From: Candidatus Latescibacterota bacterium
GTDB taxonomy: Bacteria > Latescibacterota > UBA2968 > UBA8231
Assembly (NCBI GenBank): GCA_964291625.2
Contig: OZ220090.1
Location: 1,024,001 to 1,088,000 of the forward strand
Length of the DNA stretch: 64,000 bases
Direction: 5' to 3'
Both the position numbers and the translations under genes were made by a program. Under the pieces are notes generated by a model. That model saw only the letters and a program-made list of their open reading frames with translations, was not told the DNA's origin and searched no databases. Of this stretch, positions 59,228-64,000 are shown one piece after another; the first letter of the stretch is position 1, and each line of letters begins with the position of its first letter.

Positions 59228-59342
59228 GGGGGCTCTTCCGGCCTTCGGGGAGCGGGTGCGGAGGCCGAAGTATAGGTCCTTGGCCGGAGGCCGGGCGAGG
59301 GTTGCTCCGGTGCCGCGGTCTTCGCGCCGCGGCACCAGTCCG

Positions 59343-60182
59343 TCAGCGTGAGAAGGGGTGCTTGATCCGCCCCCATCCCGCGGGGGACGCCTGGGTGTCC
59401 GTTGGCCTCAGGCCGACCAGCACCGCCTGCGCGAAACCGCTGGCGTCCTCCTGCAGACCCCTGGCTCCGCCAGGCGGAGCGGGATAGGTGATGACACTGT
59501 AGCAGTTCGAACGTCCAACGCCATTGTTGTCGGCGGCGAGCACGGCCAGGGTGATGGTATCACCGATCCTCAGGTCGGAGCGTACGCTCTCCCCGGGGCC
59601 CGCGTCGCTCACCACGTCGAAGACCGTGAGCGACAACTCGACGCGCGTCACCTTCTCATCCGGGTCCAGGGCACCCACCCCGTGGATGAACTCCGCGGAG
59701 TTCCGCCACTCGCCTACGGCTCCGGTGTAGCGGATCGAGGGGCCGTCCTCGGCGAAGGGAAGCACCTCGACTCGCTGCGCCGTGGCCGCGTCCGAGGCGA
59801 CTTCCTGGGGCGCCACCTCGACCATGAACTCGAACTGGCCGTCGCGCCAGATGTCGAAGGGCCGATCGGAGATCTCATGATCGATTCGCTCGAAGGCGAC
59901 GAGCACGCGATCCGGCGGCAGCACGGCAATCCAGATCTCGATCCAGAAAGTACCCGGGCAGTACCCATGGGCGGATTCGCTGGGGTCCGCCCACGTATCG
60001 ATTTCCTTCAGCATCGGCGGACCGATGATCTGCCGCCAGTCCGTCAGGTCACCGTCCACCTGTATGGCATGGGCGTCCGTCAGCACAGGGATCTCGAGCG
60101 GCAGCAGGACCGGAGGCTCCCCGGCCGAGCAGATCCCTGGCAGCGCAGCGAACAGCAGGACAAGGGCTGGCGCTCTCAGCAT
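59343..60182 (-). CDS. Array copy U1: secreted DOMON/CBM9-like protein (279 aa), tail GWGRIK
   Basis: Signal peptide ending CSA, IQVDGDLTDW, WRDGQFEF. Confidence 0.85.
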   Translation of the reverse strand: MLRAPALVLLFAALPGICSAGEPPVLLPLEIPVLTDAHAIQVDGDLTDWRQIIGPPMLKEIDTWADPSESAHGYCPGTFWIEIWIAVLPPDRVLVAFERIDHEISDRPFDIWRDGQFEFMVEVAPQEVASDAATAQRVEVLPFAEDGPSIRYTGAVGEWRNSAEFIHGVGALDPDEKVTRVELSLTVFDVVSDAGPGESVRSDLRIGDTITLAVLAADNNGVGRSNCYSVITYPAPPGGARGLQEDASGFAQAVLVGLRPTDTQASPAGWGRIKHPFSR

Positions 60183-60228
60183 GGCATGCCTCGTTGCGGC
60201 CTGCTACGTGTCCAGCGACGCCCGACCG

Positions 60229-61065
60229 CTACCATCTCAAGAGCCGCTTGAGCGAGCCCCAGCCCGAGGGCAGCACCACCGTCGGAGGCGGTTCCAGGCC
60301 GACCAGCACCGCCTGTGCGAAACCGCTGGCGTCTTCCTGCAGCCCCCTGGCTCCGCCAGGAGGAGCGGAATAGTAGATGACCTGGTAGCAGTTTCCATCG
60401 TCATTTTCGTTGGCGGCGATCACGGCCAGGGTGATGGTGTCACCGATCTTCAAGTCGGAACGAACGCTCTCCCCGGGGCCCGCGTCGCTCACCACGTCAA
60501 AGACCGTGAGCGACAACTCGACGCGCGTCACCTTCTCATCCGGGTCCAGAGCAGCCACTCCGTGGATGAACTCCGCCGTGTTCCGCCATCGGCCCACAGC
60601 TCCGGCGTAGCGGATCGAGAGGCCGCCCTCGGCAAAGGGAAGCACCTCGACCCGCTGCGCCGTGGCCGCGTCCGAGGCGACTTCCTGGGGCGCCACCTCG
60701 ATCATGAACTCGAACTGGCCGTCGCGCCAGATGTCTCTGACACTATCTGAGATCGAATGGTCCCATCGGTCGAAGGCGACGAGCACGCGATCCGGCGGCA
60801 CCACGGCAATCCAGATCTCGATCCTGAAAAGCTGCTGGTGGCAGAACGCATAGTCGGATTCGGTGGGGTCCGCCCATACGTCACGTTCCGTGAGCATGGG
60901 CGCACCGATCACCTGCCGCCAGTCCCCCAGGTCACCGTCCACCTGAATGGCATCGGCGTCCGTCAGCACCGGGATCTCGAGCGGCAGCAGGACCGGAGGG
61001 TCCCCAGCCGAGCAGATCCCTGGAAGGGCGGCGAACAGCAGCACAAGGGCTATCGCTCTCAGCAT
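60229..61065 (-). CDS. Array copy U2 (278 aa), tail GWGSLKRLLRW
   Basis: ATG after GAGG RBS; paralog of U1. Confidence 0.85.
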   Translation of the reverse strand: MLRAIALVLLFAALPGICSAGDPPVLLPLEIPVLTDADAIQVDGDLGDWRQVIGAPMLTERDVWADPTESDYAFCHQQLFRIEIWIAVVPPDRVLVAFDRWDHSISDSVRDIWRDGQFEFMIEVAPQEVASDAATAQRVEVLPFAEGGLSIRYAGAVGRWRNTAEFIHGVAALDPDEKVTRVELSLTVFDVVSDAGPGESVRSDLKIGDTITLAVIAANENDDGNCYQVIYYSAPPGGARGLQEDASGFAQAVLVGLEPPPTVVLPSGWGSLKRLLRW

Positions 61066-61111
61066 GGCACGCCTCGCTGCGGCCTGCTGCGTGGCCAACG
61101 ACGCTTGGCCG

Positions 61112-61939
61112 CTACCATCTCAAGAGCCGCTTGAGCGAGCCCCAGCCCGAGGGCAGCACCACCGTCGGAGGCGGCTCCAGGCCGACGAGCACCGCCGGCG
61201 CGAAGCCGCTGGCGTCTTCCTGCAGCCCCCTGGCTCCGCCAGGAGGAGCGGAATAGTAGATGACCTGGTAGCAGTTTCCATCGTCATTTTCGTTGGCGGC
61301 GATCACGGCCAGGGTGATGGTGTCACCGATCTTCAAGTCGGAACGAACGCTCTCCCCGGGGCCCGCGTCGCTCACCACGTCAAAGACCGTGAGCGACAAC
61401 TCGACGCGCGTCACCTTCTCATCCGGGTCCAGAGCAGCCACTCCGTGGATGAACTCCGCCGTGTTCCGCCATCGGCCCACAGCTCCGGCGTAGCGGACCG
61501 AGAGGCCACCCTCGGCAAAGGGCAGCACCTCGACTCTCTGCGCCGTGGCGGCGTCCGAGGCGACCTCCTGGGGCGCCACCTCGATCATGAACTCGAACTG
61601 GCCGTCGCGCCAGATGTCTCTGACGTTACCTGAGATCGAACGATCCCATCGGTCGAAGGCGACGAGCACGCGATCCGGCGGCAGCACGGAAATCCAGATC
61701 TCGATCCAGAAAGTCGACGGACAGTACGCGGATTCGCTGGGGTCCCCCCACATGTCGATCATCGCGAGCGTCGGAGGACCGATGACCTGCCGCCAGTCCG
61801 CCAAGTCACCATCCACCTGTATGGCATCCTCATTCGTCAGCACCGGGATCTCGAGCGGCGGCAGGACCGGAGGGTCCCCGGCCGAGCAGATCCCCGGCAG
61901 CGCGGCGAACAGCAGCACAAGGGATATCGCTCTCAGCAA
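61112..61939 (-). CDS. Array copy U3 (275 aa)
   Basis: TTG at the position of the U1/U2 ATG; paralog. Confidence 0.85.
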   Translation of the reverse strand: MLRAISLVLLFAALPGICSAGDPPVLPPLEIPVLTNEDAIQVDGDLADWRQVIGPPTLAMIDMWGDPSESAYCPSTFWIEIWISVLPPDRVLVAFDRWDRSISGNVRDIWRDGQFEFMIEVAPQEVASDAATAQRVEVLPFAEGGLSVRYAGAVGRWRNTAEFIHGVAALDPDEKVTRVELSLTVFDVVSDAGPGESVRSDLKIGDTITLAVIAANENDDGNCYQVIYYSAPPGGARGLQEDASGFAPAVLVGLEPPPTVVLPSGWGSLKRLLRW

Positions 61940-61985
61940 GGCGAGCCTCGCTGTGGCCTGCTCCGTGGCCAACGACGCCCGACCG

Positions 61986-62825
61986 CTACCATCTCAAGAG
62001 CCGCTTGAGCGAGCCCCATCCCGAAGGCGACACAACCGTACGACGCGGTTCCAAGCCGACCAGCACCGCCTGCGCGAAACCGCTGGCATCCTCCCGCAGA
62101 ATCCTGGCAGGAGGGAATGGATAGGTGACGACCGCGACGCACCAGTCACAAGGATCGACATCGACGCCTATCACCCCCAAGGTGATGGCATCACCGACCT
62201 TCAGGTCCGACCGAACGCTCTCCTGGAGCCCCACGTCGCTGACCACGTCGAACACCGTGAGCGACACCTCCACGCGCGTCTCGATCTCGTGATTGGCCTT
62301 GGGTGGGTCCGAGTCGGTCACCCCGTGGAGGTACTCGCTCGTGTTCCGCCACGCGCCCAAGGCTCCGGCGTAGCGGACCGAGAGGCCGCCTTCGGCAAAG
62401 GGCAGCACCTCGACTCTCTGCGCCGTGGCCGCATCCGAGGCCACCTCCTGAGGCGCCACCTCCACCATGAACTCGAACTGGCCCTCGCGCCATCCATCGA
62501 CTACCTGGTCGCTGACCTCCGTGTCTCGTCTCTCGAAGGCGAGGAGCACACGGTCCGGCGGCAGCACGGCAATCCAGACATCAAGGTGATAATCCAACAA
62601 ATCTCTCATGGGGTCGCCCTCGGTGACGTCCCCCCACATGTCGATCGGCGCGAGCGTCGGCGGACCGATGACCTGCCGCCAGTCCGCCAGGTCACCGTCC
62701 ACCTGTATGGCATGGGCGTCCGTCAGCACAGGGATCTCGAGCGGCGGCAGGACCGGAGGCTCCCCGGCCGAGCAGACCCCTGGAAGGGCGGCCAACAGGA
62801 CCACGGCCGTCATGCTTCTCAGCAT
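61986..62825 (-). CDS. Array copy U4 (279 aa), the most divergent
   Basis: ATG start; paralog with distinct variable segments. Confidence 0.85.
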   Translation of the reverse strand: MLRSMTAVVLLAALPGVCSAGEPPVLPPLEIPVLTDAHAIQVDGDLADWRQVIGPPTLAPIDMWGDVTEGDPMRDLLDYHLDVWIAVLPPDRVLLAFERRDTEVSDQVVDGWREGQFEFMVEVAPQEVASDAATAQRVEVLPFAEGGLSVRYAGALGAWRNTSEYLHGVTDSDPPKANHEIETRVEVSLTVFDVVSDVGLQESVRSDLKVGDAITLGVIGVDVDPCDWCVAVVTYPFPPARILREDASGFAQAVLVGLEPRRTVVSPSGWGSLKRLLRW

Positions 62826-62878
62826 GGGACCCCTGTCAGATGGGCGATCAGCAAAGCAGGTGGAACGCCAGCCGGCCG

Positions 62879-63712
62879 CTACCATCGCCAGAGACGCTTG
62901 AGCGAGCCCCATCCCGAGGGCCGGACCACCGTAGGAGGCGGCTCCAGACCCACCAGCACCGCAGGCGCGAAGCCGCTGGCGTCCTCCTGCAGACGCCTGG
63001 CTCCGGCAGGGGGATAGTCGATGACACTGTAGCAGCTCGAACGTCCATCGCCATTGTTGTCAGCGGCGATCACGGCCAGGGTGATGGCATCACCGATCCT
63101 CAGGTCGGAGCGCACGCTCTCCCCGGGGCCCGCATCGCTCACCACGTCGAAGACCGTGAGCGACAACTCGACGCGCGTCACCTTCTCATCCAAGTCCAGA
63201 GTACCCACCCCATGGATGAACTCCGCCGTGTTCCGCCATTGGCCCACAGCACCGGTGTAGCGGATCGAGAGGCCGCCCTCGGCGAAGGGAAGCACCTCGA
63301 CCCGTTGCGCCGTGGCCGCGTCCGAGGCGACTTCCTGGGGCGCCACCTCGATCATGAACTCGAACTGGCCGTCCCGCCAGATGTCGAAGGGCCGATCGGA
63401 GATCTCATGATCGATTCGCTCGAAGGCGACGAGCACGCGATCCGGCGGCACCACGGCAATCCATATCTCGATCCAGAAAGTACCCGGGCAGAACGCATAA
63501 TCGGACTCTGTGGGGTCCGTCCATACGTCACGTACCGTGAGCAAGGGCGCACCGGTGACCTGCCGCCAGTCCGTCAGGTCACCGTCCACCTGCATGGCAG
63601 CGGCGTCCGCCAGCACCGGGATCTCGAGCGGCGGCAGGACCGGAGGGTCCCCGGCCGAGCAGATCCCCGGCAGCGCGGCGAACAGCAGGACAAGGGATAT
63701 CGCTCTCAGCAA
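62879..63712 (-). CDS. Array copy U5 (277 aa)
   Basis: TTG start; paralog. Confidence 0.85.
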   Translation of the reverse strand: MLRAISLVLLFAALPGICSAGDPPVLPPLEIPVLADAAAMQVDGDLTDWRQVTGAPLLTVRDVWTDPTESDYAFCPGTFWIEIWIAVVPPDRVLVAFERIDHEISDRPFDIWRDGQFEFMIEVAPQEVASDAATAQRVEVLPFAEGGLSIRYTGAVGQWRNTAEFIHGVGTLDLDEKVTRVELSLTVFDVVSDAGPGESVRSDLRIGDAITLAVIAADNNGDGRSSCYSVIDYPPAGARRLQEDASGFAPAVLVGLEPPPTVVRPSGWGSLKRLWRW

Positions 63713-63758
63713 GGCGAGCCTCGCTGTGGCCTGCTCCGTGGCGAGCGACGCCCGGGCA

Positions 63759-64000
63759 CTACCATCTCAAGAGCCGCTTGAGCGAGCCCCAGCGCGAGGG
63801 CAGCACCACCGTCGGAGGCGGTTCCAGACCCACCAGCACCGCCGGCGCGAAACCGCTGGCGTCTTCCTGCAGACGCCTGGCCCCAGCGGAACCGTAGCCG
63901 GTGACCCTGTAGCAGTGTGAATCGCTTCCATCGCCATTGTTGTCGGCGGCGAGCACGGCCACGGTGATGGTATCACCGATCCTCAGGTCGGAGCGCACGC
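63759..64000 (-). CDS. Array copy U6 (C-terminal part only)
   Basis: VRSDLRIGDTITVAVL...QEDASGFAPAVLVG...RWGSLKRLLRW. Confidence 0.85.
   Translation of the reverse strand, partial: VRSDLRIGDTITVAVLAADNNGDGSDSHCYRVTGYGSAGARRLQEDASGFAPAVLVGLEPPPTVVLPSRWGSLKRLLRW

Larger units (their letters stand above)
59343..64000 (-). repeat. Head-to-tail tandem array of at least six paralogous genes (unit 874-893 bp), continuing beyond the window
   Basis: Stops at 59343, 60229, 61112, 61986, 62879 and 63759; 46-53-bp spacers; long near-identical stretches. Confidence 0.95.

Noticed and set aside
59269-59274. TATACT -10-like box upstream of the MlrC gene (similar at 13793-13798)
   Set aside because: No convincing -35 element; not supportable without transcript data
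60120-60182. Array proteins as lipoproteins (Cys in LPGICSA)
   Set aside because: PGIC is not a canonical lipobox; signal peptidase I cleavage after CSA fits better
59343-64000. Array as a diversity-generating retroelement or CRISPR
   Set aside because: No reverse transcriptase in the window; differences include indels and are not adenine-restricted; units are whole genes rather than repeat-spacer units. An RT beyond 64000 cannot be excluded.
59343-64000. Array as integron cassettes or a shufflon
   Set aside because: The 46-bp spacers show no attC-like inverted structure, all copies share one orientation, and no recombinase is visible
1-64000. tRNA, rRNA, IS or prophage genes
   Set aside because: None recognised by eye; tRNAscan-SE, Infernal and ISEScan would be needed to exclude them formally

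Overview
High-GC bacterial genomic DNA with about 57 genes. I recognised no rRNA, tRNA, CRISPR array, transposase or integrase. Gene content (many Gfo/Idh/MocA, PhyH, enolase and amidohydrolase genes, a DUF6785-type transporter, a eukaryote-like YWTD/WD40 repeat protein, secreted proteins ending in a W-G-x-x-K tail) suggests an FCB-group organism such as Latescibacterota, possibly a sponge symbiont; this is inference only. Most of the window is metabolic or housekeeping (lpdA, rnhA, MacAB-type exporter, sigma-54 two-component system, GH116, MlrC operon). The accessory regions are a decaying defence islet at about 9.3-13.7 kb (McrBC plus deleted Schlafen/HATPase genes), a 1270-aa secreted multi-repeat protein at 34.3-38.1 kb and an orphan ABC-type ATPase at 51.3-52.2 kb. 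The most striking feature runs from 59.3 kb off the window end. It is a head-to-tail array of at least six paralogous ~880-bp genes for secreted DOMON/CBM9-like proteins. They share a constant framework with discrete hypervariable segments that are shuffled between copies, show co-varying cysteines, and carry a conserved C-terminal WGxxK tail. This looks like a recombination-diversified binding-protein repertoire. All family assignments come from motif recognition by eye, not database searches.
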